In this document: positions 21,701 through 30,900 of the stretch, in pieces | How the letters are laid out: each line of letters opens with the position of its first letter | Numbering within the stretch: the stretch's first letter is position 1 | DNA from: Enterococcus phage VRE9_4 | DNA length: 64,000 nucleotides | Sequence record: PP680570.1 | Strand: one strand, 5' to 3' | Translations under genes and position numbers: made by a program | Notes under the pieces: generated by a model | What the model was told of the DNA's origin: nothing | The model's database searches: none | What the model saw: the letters and a program-made list of their open reading frames with translations, nothing else

Positions 21701-23748
21701 GGAATGAGGCAAATGATGCTATTAACGAAATGGCTGATTCAATTAGCGATGCCTTATTGAAAAAACTTGAGTTAGCTCAAAAACGTTTTGAATTATTTAC
21801 TCAATCAGTTGAGGATGGATTCCAAAAAATGTTTGGTACTTGGGGATTAGATGGAGTCATTGATGATTTTGATAAACTTACTGAAAAACAAGATAAATAT
21901 TTCAGCAACTTTGAAAAATTTACAAATATCAGTAGCAAAATCAAAGAAATTAATGATGAAATTGCTAAAACACAAGACCCTAAACGCGCCAAAGAACTAG
22001 CAGACTTCAGAGATAAAGAATTATCTGCTCTCTTGGCTCAAGATAAAGTTTCTCAAGACGATTATGATCGTGCAATGAAAATGTATGATATTAAACAAAA
22101 AGAACTAGCTTTACAGGAACGAGAAAATGCAAAACGTACAGCTCAATTAGTTCGTGATGCTAATGGTAACATGACTTATGAATATGTTAGAACTGAAACA
22201 GAAGATTTATCAAGTGAAATCGCAGACTTACAGAAACAAAAAGATGAATTATATGCTTTTGATTCTGATAAGGTGAGAGAATCTGCTAAAGGTGTATTTG
22301 ATACCATTTCTAAATATCAAGATAAAATAAAAGAATTACAAGATAAAGGATTAGATCCTGCAGAATATAAGAAAGAGTTGCAAAAACTTCTTGATGAAGC
22401 AGAAGATGAAATTAAAGATAAAACTAATGAAATGAATAAATGGTTAGAAAATGCTGGAAAAGATGGATTAAGTAATCTACAAGGTATGGTTGCAAATGGT
22501 ACTATTACACCAGATCAATTAGGAGTAGATAAAAATACGTTATCAAGTATTTTCTCAGCAATGAAAGATGGTACTTTAACAGTACAAGATATGTTAAGCG
22601 GAGACTTTGATGATTTTGCAAGTTCTATTGGTATGACAGCCGATCAACTTAGTGGTACAATGGATAAATTATTAGAATTAATCTTAGGAGATAACCTGGA
22701 TATTGCAGAAGCAATGATGGATGCAAGTAATAAATGGACTTCTACTGCTCAACAAAATGTAAATAACTTAGGAAATGCTTATGCTGAGTATATGTCTCAA
22801 GCTACAAAAGTTTTAAATGACTATAGCAGCTCTACAGGAAGATTAAATGATTTGTTAAATCAAACAAATCAAGCTTCTCAACAAGTTATTTCAACTATTG
22901 ATAAACAAACTCAGGCAATGCTAAGAAGTCAAAGACAAACTGATGCAACATCAAATAGTGTTTTAAACCTTCAAAACAGATTAATTGGTTCAAATGGAAA
23001 TTCAGGACTGTTTGGTTCAATGGTTCAATTGCAACGTACTATGAATGAGCAATTACAGCCTTCAATGGTAAATACTGGTAAACAAACTGATATATTAAGT
23101 GGAAAAACTTATAATTCAGCAGTAAAATATAATGCAATGGGAAATGAAGCTAGATTCGCTTATCAACGAGTTAATGCATTTAGTGACCAACCTACAAAAG
23201 TAGCAATGACAAATATTGATAGAATCACTGGTAAAACCAATAATACTGCTGGAGCGTTTAGAAATGTTAAACGTGATGCAAACGAAGGTAGAAATAGTAT
23301 CATTGACTTCAGTTCAGCAATCAGCACTTTAGCTGGATATGGCTCTTATAAAGTTTCTGGAGGTTCTACTAAAAAAGCTGCATCTTTAGATAGTGGTGGT
23401 TATACAGGAACATGGAGCAATTCAACTAATAATGCAGAAGGAAGAATGGCAATTTTACATGAAAAAGAATTAATTCTTAACAAAGAAGATACAAAAAATA
23501 TTTTAGAATCAGTTAAAATGCAAAGAGGACTAATGGAATCTATTAAGGGCAGAGGTTCTTCTGTAAAAAATAGTATTCAAAATATGAGTTCTAATATCTC
23601 TAATATTCAAAATAGTAACAGAATGAGTACAGTTGAACAAAACATTACTCTTTCACCAAACTTCCCTAATGCTAGAGATCGAAGTGAAATTGAAGCTGCG
23701 TTCGAAGGCTTATTAGGAAAAGCATCAACTTATGTTGGAAAGAAATAG
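15727..23748 (+). CDS. tail tape measure protein
   Basis: 2673 aa, the largest helical/coiled-coil-rich ORF, with RBS AAAGGAGAGGAA. It has hydrophobic Gly/Ala-rich segments at about aa 820-880 (GMAAGAAAGAFSLIV), and a terminator follows. Confidence 0.85.
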   Translation: MANNVDVGLKFKTTYEGLDAGKQDLKELKNLMDSIGKDGVKLNLKDGEIEQAKLQISALERSIREAEQSGGDFGRIFQSNLNAVQNEAKQTATSVSKVEKEIKSLNQTSNNGGGFKSISNAARLATKEIQGTTGQIDQLRVNLQQGMGQTIAFGAIGAVTGAVTDALNVTKQLDEISTDISIVSGKTRKEMEGYRDAAVDAADALGTTTKDYLDASLIFEQQGGQAAYYAKELAEATVTAANISNVATDQMSEYLTATINGFQLLKEKGGEAGTYITDVMAKLGAASGSDLAEIATGLTRTANTAKDVGFEFEEIATMIATVSEVTRRTPETIGNAFKSMLTSFTQLREAGEEEVEAFTNKVQEAFKLGGIEDISLFDNGNLRDAADIFKDIAARWQTMNKEQQSLVSEAVAGKYQAETFRAFMNNQERYNQLLGEAYDSAGTSAQQQLVYMDSLKAKGEQLKNAWQGAVNTVVDSDMFKGVLEDATNFLKIIGDAKSGLGGLATAIAPIVGIGGQMFGANQIGELYSNNRLNKQAKEITASLEKLKVAQEGNLTALQEEYKSAAQVNQIMSTLGPEAAKNYEEVTKEITKLDEKLKDIPKSAEEVKTKAKETADFLIKNGYHKGVDEKNVTRAAKGLEEKQDPRLLDNIKQLNEARKELEKTQQRSIDQLSTLEDKISLKDGNASTKISRLQDELVLWEDDYRQVLYENKSLSDQFSADMDKIREGIDQRYNDYYGLVKIRKQALKIEDQIRDSMLAQNPGAVEKVAKAEKELENKAKQVVLEEQYTNEMKEQNKIIADRKVLEDKAQSTAQIAKRTELIQKGVRGMSLAYSTIVPIIATYNSVQEESISKQDGVIAGLQTTSAMLMASMNPWGMAAGAAAGAFSLIVDKFDLFKSRGEKAKEVNEQLTKTFMSLQETVNGNISNLNDIADTYKRFEGVNAEAFINNAPDPSDTEAFEKYNKNLEDYDNLAGKIAQTNPELVKGYDDTGRAIIDLSKDFETLMEQQKTARTDNYQMLSANRNSFITQQVSDLQNAKSSMNDYSVEVAKLTKELENAKKQGKGEKVDDILKDLTNAQNKISEVQKTFSETKANIQSSIVVPFNEANDEFNKLVDKTPELKEAFETFSDTYMNSNFLAGMASENDEEGMKNLVQNMGLIKDKFTEIAQQDPGKAQEFLDKIAKSSEWAKLALYDVQGNIETLQEKMAEAADPITDGAQSRALSFVDKVIPEKDVEKAQKRIGELASDLEEKVEDANKMRFDFSKAEGADFTGDRKEIENINDKIEDYDKLQDVMSDVSEEYSRTSRTVEGFNENLGHVGDIDAAMQALDQLQKNGLDDNQLEVLKQKFPELEKSMRESAEKGTEAFKQNASNLYDILSEEHEAAITGMVMNNEQFYGVWMQNNSKTINKIAEDYGIDAANYQTLAEYKNALQSLSLENLQVIAGQEVETNNKKNKEILAGEAVHVSNMISLTDIWSNSNLTYTQKLVASFLNAYDDMANGLGNALSYMEQLLKGWLNTAHKALGDFFGGMIKKLPKGMRDALGLDEIDKWGEGGVSESFFKKLDPSTLAKDYVDKKNQEAQKEQEKKDSLIQQILEGKFKNKNGLSNEDLMKKLNLDKPQSLEGLNGVPRDPENKDVEKDGKIEKEDKDSKKDVDNLELELDRYYKLDHILSEIEKRYSELSDAKDAAYGNDRLNIMKQEEQLLAQKAGVLKQYTAELNKEQDELRNKLASQGFTFSANGDIDNLNQKLTDLQNAANSKTGDAKEDAIDAVKKIQEEASRYQDITFNLIPDKQKTLNEIKKQLSEIARERIEYTVKLRVDKDEFKSDVLDVVKEMQDSYADLDEKAQIVGKEMKQALDNVSYWQSMMNQVRNDSGLTDSDRQDLLQEYNKNLLDAVSKARSGYKELLEVQADFVKQSVEAINKVNDRYDNLFEKAGQLAAKTEELYGTKAYGKIVGYFDTQEKAINGQVKNLQEAQRRMIKYRNSVKQGSDAWNEANDAINEMADSISDALLKKLELAQKRFELFTQSVEDGFQKMFGTWGLDGVIDDFDKLTEKQDKYFSNFEKFTNISSKIKEINDEIAKTQDPKRAKELADFRDKELSALLAQDKVSQDDYDRAMKMYDIKQKELALQERENAKRTAQLVRDANGNMTYEYVRTETEDLSSEIADLQKQKDELYAFDSDKVRESAKGVFDTISKYQDKIKELQDKGLDPAEYKKELQKLLDEAEDEIKDKTNEMNKWLENAGKDGLSNLQGMVANGTITPDQLGVDKNTLSSIFSAMKDGTLTVQDMLSGDFDDFASSIGMTADQLSGTMDKLLELILGDNLDIAEAMMDASNKWTSTAQQNVNNLGNAYAEYMSQATKVLNDYSSSTGRLNDLLNQTNQASQQVISTIDKQTQAMLRSQRQTDATSNSVLNLQNRLIGSNGNSGLFGSMVQLQRTMNEQLQPSMVNTGKQTDILSGKTYNSAVKYNAMGNEARFAYQRVNAFSDQPTKVAMTNIDRITGKTNNTAGAFRNVKRDANEGRNSIIDFSSAISTLAGYGSYKVSGGSTKKAASLDSGGYTGTWSNSTNNAEGRMAILHEKELILNKEDTKNILESVKMQRGLMESIKGRGSSVKNSIQNMSSNISNIQNSNRMSTVEQNITLSPNFPNARDRSEIEAAFEGLLGKASTYVGKK

Positions 23749-23770
23749 AATATAAAAACTAGGGGCGGAA

Positions 23771-23808
23771 ATACGACTATTTTCGCCCTTTCTTTTTAAT
23801 CTCAATAG
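23771..23808 (+). terminator. intrinsic terminator after TMP
   Basis: GGGCGGAAA-tacgacta-TTTTCGCCC followed by TTTCTTTTT. Confidence 0.6.
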
Positions 23809-23837
23809 GAAAAAAGAGAAAAAGGAGCTGACATGAT

Positions 23838-25823
23838 ATGGATAAAAGCCAAGAGCTTTTTGATGCGATTCGATTAATTGCAAGAAACGAAATAGAAAAA
23901 CAATCATCTACAGATACTGTAATTGGTACAGTAATTGAACGTGTTGAATCAAGCGACGCTTATAAAGTTTCTTATCAAAATATTGAAATTCTAGCAAGTT
24001 CTATGGGCGGACGATATAATGCTGGAGATTCTGTATATGTAATGCTTCCTAAAGGAAGATTAGATGGGGTCAAGTTTATTATTGGTAAAACCAATGACAG
24101 GACTCCGACTATAACAACAAATGCAAATGGACTATCTGATTCTACTCTTGGTATGATTCAAGATATTATTAACAATTTTAACGATTTAATTTCAGATAAT
24201 AAAATTACCCCAGTAGAAAAACAATCTTTACAAGTCCAATGGGAACAAATTAAAAAGTCTTATCAGGAGATTTTAAATAATTCTGCGCCTTATCCAGAAA
24301 TTGATTTAACTGGCTTAAATTCTAAATATAAAACTTTAGAATCATTAATGAATGTTATTTTAGAAAATATGGAAACTACTACAGAGGTTGATGGAAATAC
24401 AGTAAGACAAGTTTTATCTAATTATTTAACTGAAGATACCTCAGTAAGAGTTTTAATCCAAGAGGCACTAAGAAATGAAATTACTTATAAGGCTGATATT
24501 GTTTCAACAAATGGCGAGAGTTTTAAAAATGGTGTAATTAATACTATTTTACAAGTAATTGCTATGAGAGGTAAAAAAACTATAACTTCATCATTCGAAC
24601 CAGAAAATATTAGATGGTATAAAATGAAAGATGATGGTTCTATTTTACCTAATTGGTCTAAGACTGGTAAAAGTATTCCTATTACATCAGAGGATGTTGA
24701 CATTAAACAAGTATTTGTGGTACAATTATATGTAGAAGAAGCAATGGTAGCACAAGATACAATAACTATAGTTGATTTAAATGATATAGAAAATATTAAA
24801 TTAAGTTTAACTCCTAAGTTAAGTAGAACTCAAACGTTTGACCCAACCACTAAAAATATTATACCAGATTATACTATACAAAATCAAGTCATTCAAGCCA
24901 AGACTCTAAAAGGAGCAGATGATATTACTTCTTTAGTAACGCATCAATGGTATTATAATGGAGAATTAATTAGTAATGATGGCAGGTTTGAAGTTCAAAA
25001 CAACGCTTTGTTTATCAAAAGAAATTTAATGGACTCAGAAAACCCCACAATGATGATTGATTGTAAGGTATCTTATTATAGTGAAGAATATAAATTAACC
25101 CTTGAGGATTCTTTGTCTTTAGACTTCTCTTATGTATCTAATGGAGAAGATGGAGAGGATGGCAAGAATGCTCTTTTAGTTAACGTTCTTCATCCATATG
25201 GCACAACTATTAAAAATAAACAACAATCTCTTCTCTTGGTATCATTACAAGCATATTTTGCTGATAAGGATGTTCTTTCTTTATTAAGTAATAGAAAATG
25301 GTTTTATGCAGATGAATCAGTTAATTCTTCTAGTCCTTATTATGATAAAGATGGTGGAGTAGGTTGGTCTCTAATTAGCGAGACAAATAATTTGAATGGA
25401 GCTTTAAATGGATATGACACAAATATCCTATCTATTTCTGGGAATGGCTTTAACGGGAGCATTTCTATCAAGGTGGTAGCTTACTTTGAAGAATTTAAAG
25501 GAGCTGCAACAACTACTTTAATTGATTCTACTGATCCAATTACAGGAGTTATCTTGGGCAGTACGCAATTAAAAAATGGTGAACCAACTTCATTACAAAT
25601 AGAAGCTTATTTAGGACAAATGAAAATAACAGATACTTCTAATTACACTTTTGTGTGGAATTTAGAATTGATAGATAATAGTTCTAGAATGATTGGTCCA
25701 ATGGAACCTTTTACTACAAGTACAGTATGGCCCAAATATGGAGAATCTATTATATTAGAATGGGGAGATATCCCTGAAAACGATAATGTTTATGTAACAT
25801 GTAAAATATATCGTAATGAGTAG
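23838..25823 (+). CDS. distal tail (Dit-like) / baseplate protein with Ig-like carbohydrate-binding-type insertions
   Basis: 661 aa, the first gene after the TMP. It contains Ig-like repeat motifs shared with downstream genes (NGVINTILQVIAMRGKK...IRWYKMKDDGS). Confidence 0.4.
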   Translation: MDKSQELFDAIRLIARNEIEKQSSTDTVIGTVIERVESSDAYKVSYQNIEILASSMGGRYNAGDSVYVMLPKGRLDGVKFIIGKTNDRTPTITTNANGLSDSTLGMIQDIINNFNDLISDNKITPVEKQSLQVQWEQIKKSYQEILNNSAPYPEIDLTGLNSKYKTLESLMNVILENMETTTEVDGNTVRQVLSNYLTEDTSVRVLIQEALRNEITYKADIVSTNGESFKNGVINTILQVIAMRGKKTITSSFEPENIRWYKMKDDGSILPNWSKTGKSIPITSEDVDIKQVFVVQLYVEEAMVAQDTITIVDLNDIENIKLSLTPKLSRTQTFDPTTKNIIPDYTIQNQVIQAKTLKGADDITSLVTHQWYYNGELISNDGRFEVQNNALFIKRNLMDSENPTMMIDCKVSYYSEEYKLTLEDSLSLDFSYVSNGEDGEDGKNALLVNVLHPYGTTIKNKQQSLLLVSLQAYFADKDVLSLLSNRKWFYADESVNSSSPYYDKDGGVGWSLISETNNLNGALNGYDTNILSISGNGFNGSISIKVVAYFEEFKGAATTTLIDSTDPITGVILGSTQLKNGEPTSLQIEAYLGQMKITDTSNYTFVWNLELIDNSSRMIGPMEPFTTSTVWPKYGESIILEWGDIPENDNVYVTCKIYRNE

Positions 25824-25852
25824 ATAAATATAGAGATGAAGGAGGAGATAAG

Positions 25853-26689
25853 ATGGCATTAACTCAAGTAGGTACAGCCTCTGCTGGTATTTCAAAAGTG
25901 ATTGATGGACAAAGTCAATATATATTCTGGAGATTTTCAGCAAATCCAGATGGGAATCCTATGACAGAGAGACCAACAGAAGACACAAAATATATGGGTG
26001 TTTACACAAGCACAAAAAATAAACCTTCTGAAAACCCAAGTGAATATATCTGGACCAAAATTAAGGGCGAAGATGGTTCAGACGGACAAAATTCTCATAG
26101 CGGTATTTTGACTGATGAATTTATTGCTATTAATACAGATGCAAATGGGAATAATGGTGATTTTTCTAAGGCTAGTACATCAATTATTTTGTTTGAAGGA
26201 ACAAGAGAAAATACATCAGAGTGGGACATTTCTGTTGAAGTAACTGCAGGAATTCAAGGAAGTTTAAGTTCTTCAAAGGATACTTATAAAGTATCAGGAA
26301 TGACTGTAGATTCAGGAGAAATAACTTTTATTGCCAAGTATAAAACAACCACTTTAACAAAAGTAGCTAAGATTGCAAAAGTAAAACAAGGAGCTCCTGG
26401 AGAAGATGGAGAGAGTCCATACAATGTAGAACTTATATCATCAAATGGTTTAATTTTTAAAAACGGGGTAATTTCAACTATTATTCATGCAATTGTTTTT
26501 AAAGGAAATGAAAATATTACTGATTTATTAGATGCGAATCAGTTTAGATGGACTAAAACAAATGCTGATGGATCACCAGATTTAATATGGAACGCAATGC
26601 ATGCCGGTGGTACAAAAAGCATAATAATTGAAACAGATGATGTTAATAAACGTGCAACGTTTAGCTGCGACATTATCGAAGAGATATAA
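25853..26689 (+). CDS. tail protein with Ig-like domain and fibre-type Y-x-W-x-x-IKG-EDG motif
   Basis: 278 aa with RBS GAAGGAGGAG. It carries motifs TKYMGVYTS...PSEYIWTKIKGEDGSDGQ and NGVISTIIHAIVFKGNENITDLLDANQFRWTKTNADGS. Confidence 0.5.
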   Translation: MALTQVGTASAGISKVIDGQSQYIFWRFSANPDGNPMTERPTEDTKYMGVYTSTKNKPSENPSEYIWTKIKGEDGSDGQNSHSGILTDEFIAINTDANGNNGDFSKASTSIILFEGTRENTSEWDISVEVTAGIQGSLSSSKDTYKVSGMTVDSGEITFIAKYKTTTLTKVAKIAKVKQGAPGEDGESPYNVELISSNGLIFKNGVISTIIHAIVFKGNENITDLLDANQFRWTKTNADGSPDLIWNAMHAGGTKSIIIETDDVNKRATFSCDIIEEI

Positions 26690-26705
26690 AGGAGATGGAA
26701 TAATA

Positions 26706-27821
26706 ATGGCAACAATTTCAAGCGGTCAAATTACAATTATTGATTTGTATGATGCTCCTGCATTAAATGCATGGATTTCAGCAAGTCAAACAACAACTCA
26801 GACATACAATAATACAACTAACACATACTCACCTAACTTTGGGTCCTCTGCGCAAGTTTTAACACTTAACTTAACAAAAGCGGGTGGAACAGGGAGCTTG
26901 ATTGGTTCCGCTGTATCAGATGTTAAATGGAAAAAGACAGTAGGAGCAACAACTACTGAAATAACTTCTACAACAAATACTGATAGTGAGTATAAGGGCG
27001 GTGCATCAAACAGTGTGCTGACAACAAAAGTAAACGTTCCAACAACAAATAATGCTGTACGTTGGACAGTTGAGGGAGTATATACAGACCCAGATACTTC
27101 GTTACCAATTACTTTTCAGGCGACTATCGACATTAATCTTATTCAGCTAGCTAAAGCTGCGGTAGTAGCAGTTTTGAGCGCTCCTAATGGAAGTTACTTC
27201 CGAAACAATACGCCTTCTAGTCTGAAGTTAACCGCTGATGTTTACAAAGATGGTGATTTAAGCAATGGTTCTCGAAAATACAAATGGTTCGCAGCAGACT
27301 CAAGCGTTTCAACATCTCAAGATTCTGACGCTGGAATTGGCTGGAGAAAAATTACAGCAACCACAGGAACATCAGGAGCTGTCGCAAGTTCAGGGTTTGA
27401 TGTTGCAGTTACAGTTCAAGGCGTTCTAACAGTCTATCCAGATGCAGTAACAAATGGACAAACATTCCTATGTGTCGTTACAGATAATGCTGGAGGAACT
27501 TCTGGAACCAAAATGAAACAGTATATAACTTTGATGGACATGGACGACCCGATTATGGTGGTTATTGAGTCCTCTGGAGGAAACATTTTGAAGAATGGTG
27601 TAGGATCTACTACTTTGAAGGCACGGTTGTACCAAAATGGTGAAGAAATCGATTCGGGCGGCACAGGCTATACTTATAAATGGTCTAAGTGGCAGAATAA
27701 CGCAATGGTACCAAACTTCGGCGGCACGAGCAATGCTTATAAAACTGGGAAATCGCTGTCTGTTGGAAGTGCTGATGTAGATAATACAACAACGTTTAAA
27801 GTGGAGGTAGAAAACAAATGA
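26706..27821 (+). CDS. tail protein with Ig-like repeats (start moved to the RBS-supported ATG)
   Basis: 371 aa from MATISSGQITIIDL, with an AAGGAG RBS. It shares the Ig-like motif (NGVGSTTLKARLYQNGEEID...YKWSKW). Confidence 0.5.
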   Translation: MATISSGQITIIDLYDAPALNAWISASQTTTQTYNNTTNTYSPNFGSSAQVLTLNLTKAGGTGSLIGSAVSDVKWKKTVGATTTEITSTTNTDSEYKGGASNSVLTTKVNVPTTNNAVRWTVEGVYTDPDTSLPITFQATIDINLIQLAKAAVVAVLSAPNGSYFRNNTPSSLKLTADVYKDGDLSNGSRKYKWFAADSSVSTSQDSDAGIGWRKITATTGTSGAVASSGFDVAVTVQGVLTVYPDAVTNGQTFLCVVTDNAGGTSGTKMKQYITLMDMDDPIMVVIESSGGNILKNGVGSTTLKARLYQNGEEIDSGGTGYTYKWSKWQNNAMVPNFGGTSNAYKTGKSLSVGSADVDNTTTFKVEVENK

Positions 27822-27970
27822 TGAACTACATTGCTTATATCATTTTAAATAATGAACGAACAAAAATTGAATTTAGTACAGAGGGAAATCCTATCGAATA
27901 TTTATGGACTAAATATGGTATGGATACTTATATCGAATCCCTTGAGGAAATTAAAGAAGAGGGTGATTAG
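27818..27970 (+). CDS. small hypothetical protein (50 aa), translationally coupled
   Basis: ATGA overlap with the upstream stop, and GGAGGT 9 nt upstream. Its stop abuts the ATG of the giant fibre gene. It is not in the ORF track (<60 aa). Confidence 0.4.
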   Translation: MMNYIAYIILNNERTKIEFSTEGNPIEYLWTKYGMDTYIESLEEIKEEGD

Positions 27971-30900
27971 ATGACTACAGTTTCACGTGGTGAAATCACT
28001 ATAACGAACGTTAATGATGGTAAAACTCCTTATTTCCATACAGCTTATTCTTGGTCTAAAGATGGAACAGATAGATTTACTACAATTTATCCACAAGATA
28101 ATAAATTAGAAAATACACAAAACCCAAGTGTAACAAAACCTGTACAATTAAAAGGATCTAGAACATCAAGTACTGAAACAGTTACAATGGAGAATGGAAT
28201 AACACGTCAAGAAAAAAAAGTTGATAAAACTGGAGAATTTTATTATAGATTTATGAACACTGCTGATAATAACTTGTCAGCAGTCGATTTAACTCCAGGG
28301 GAAACTTATCATTTTGGACTTGATCTTAGAGCTGAATTGGCCGAAGGGGATTATATTACTTGGAGAGCTCAATATAAAACAGCAACAAGTAGTTGGATAA
28401 ACATGGATAATTGGGGAGCGAGCTTCAGTAAAATTGAAGGGGTTACAAGTGAATTTCAACGTTTTGAACGAGAGCTAACAATTCCAGAAGATGCAACTAC
28501 ATTATATTTTTCTTATCAAGTTTACTCTCCTAATTCCACTTCGCCTTCTGTAGGAACAGTAGTGGAATTTAAAAATGCTAAATTTGCATTGGATAGTGCT
28601 TCTCCTTATACGCCTTCTCCAGAAGAAGATTTAGCTAATGCGTATCCAACATATCTTGGAACTTATTCTAGCTTTGAAGAAGAAAGTTCGTTGAGCCCTT
28701 ATGACTATACATGGAGTTTAATTAAAGGTTTAGATGGTAAAGATGGAGAAGATGGTATTCCAGGAGCTCCAGGAGAAGATGGTAGAACCCCATATTTCCA
28801 TATTGGCTATACCAATAGCACAGATTTTGGGAACTATGACTTTAGTGGGAATCCTAATCTTTTTCCTAATGTAGGTTATGCTGATATTTCCACAAATTGG
28901 ACTCAAGCAGGAGCAGCTCCAATAAAACCTCAAGATGGTTTAGTTATTGACAATGGAGATTCTTTTACGGTAGATCTAGGTAAATTGACAAGCAATTTTG
29001 GTTTATATTTTAATAATCTACCTCGTCCTAAAACTGGCAAAAATTATGCATGGTCGGTTGAGTTAAAGAGCGAGGAACCTCTTGACAATAACGTATTTTT
29101 TGTTAGACCTGTTTATATAAATTCTGGAGGGACACTGTCAGCCTATGCTAAACCAATTAACACGGGCGCAACGACTGAAATGACAAGATATTCTGCAACA
29201 TATACTAATATCACTGATGTTATTAGTAATTCTAATTGTCAATCATTACAAATTTATTTTCCAAGCACACTACCAAGAACCAAGGTAACTATTAAATATA
29301 ATATTAAAGTTGAAGAAGTTGAAACACCAACAAGTTCATCAACTCCATATCAGCCTAATATTAAAGATGCGCCATGGCATTTTAGTACTTACCCTCTTGG
29401 GAAGAATATCGCAGATAAAACAGTTAAATTTCCAATTAATGTTAATACGTATAAGGTATATGAAGGAGATATGCTTGAGTCGTTTAAGATTGGAGAAACA
29501 TATACTGTAACTATTAAGGGTAGAAAACCAGCCCAAAAAACATTTAGTGTTTATAATGCAGGTACTGTTTTTCTAGGGCACTTAGCTCCAGTACAAGGAT
29601 TATCAGACGTATGGACAGGTACTTTTACAGTACCATTAATTAATTCTGGTTATCCTAATAGATTGCAAATATATCAACTGCCAAATGACAATCAATATGG
29701 AGAAGTTCAAATTGATTGGGTTAAAATTGAAAAAAGTCCAGTTTCAACACCAAATATTGATGCTTATAAATATTTAGGTAATTATGCAGACTATGAACAA
29801 GAAGACTCCTTAAATCCTACTAAATATAAATGGAATTTAATTAAGGGAGAAGATGGTTCAAATGGAACTAGTTCATTTCTACATGTAGCTTGGGCTAACG
29901 TAGATACCTTCCCAGAGTTCGTCAAAGGTGCTAGACCTAATGTTTTGAGAAAAGCTGATATAGTTTCTGTGTTTTCTAATAATAGCTCATTGTTCCCAAC
30001 CAATAGTTATTGGGTAACAGATGAGGACGGTAGGGTATTTAACAGGGTGGAGAGAACTAACCTAGACCTTAATCCAAATAAACTATCAGTATATCACACT
30101 ATAGGAACAACATACAACTCAATGGACCCTGTAAATTTAGGAGACTTAACTGTACCTATTGAAGGTAAAAAGATCGTTGTTTCTGGTAAGTGGCGAGCCT
30201 CTAAAGAGGTAAGAATGGTAATGATGGCTAAGGTAATTGTTAATGGAGTTACTAAGCCTCTACCACATGATAAAGAGGTTGTTACAATTTCAACTGAATG
30301 GAAAACGTTCTCTACTGTTTTGGATAATGTAGAGCCTAATACAACTATTATTAGATTCCTCCCATCATATGACACAAACGATTGGGAAACAGCAAATATA
30401 CAACTAGACCAGAAGGATCTAAAAATTGAGATAGTCGAAGAAGGCGAAAGCGAAGAACCTACTCCTTGGGTACCCCCAATCACGAGAGAATTGTTCAATC
30501 CTAAAAACATGTTTGAAGGAGGAAATTCTAGGGACATTGCAAACTTTGGTGGTTCAACAATAACAGCAACGAAGAATATTGAAGTTCCTGGATGGGGGGC
30601 AAAAGATGCTTCTACCTTTGTTATAACTGGCGGAGCGAATGTGATTAAAGGAGTAATGAAAGTTAAGCCGATCGATCCTCCACTACAAAGTGATGGTAAT
30701 ACTTTCTATCGAAGTAATTTTCATGTACGTAATAACCATGAAACCAATACTTTAATTATAGATTCAAATGGGGGTACCAGTATTTCAATACCTCCTAAAG
30801 CAATGGGATATTTTGGTATACCAACCAACCAACAGGTTGCTAATAGTAATCTTCAATGGCACTTCCGAGTAGCTGATCCTAGTATGGACATCAATTTTAC

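Noticed and set aside
17037-21992. Antisense ORFs 17037..17336 and 21801..21992 within the tape measure gene
   Set aside because: They are nested antisense in a 8-kb CDS with no translation signals.
22000-23748. Muralytic (lysozyme/M23) domain at the C-terminus of the tape measure
   Set aside because: No HxxxD/HxH or GH catalytic motif was recognisable by eye. It is left open for profile search.
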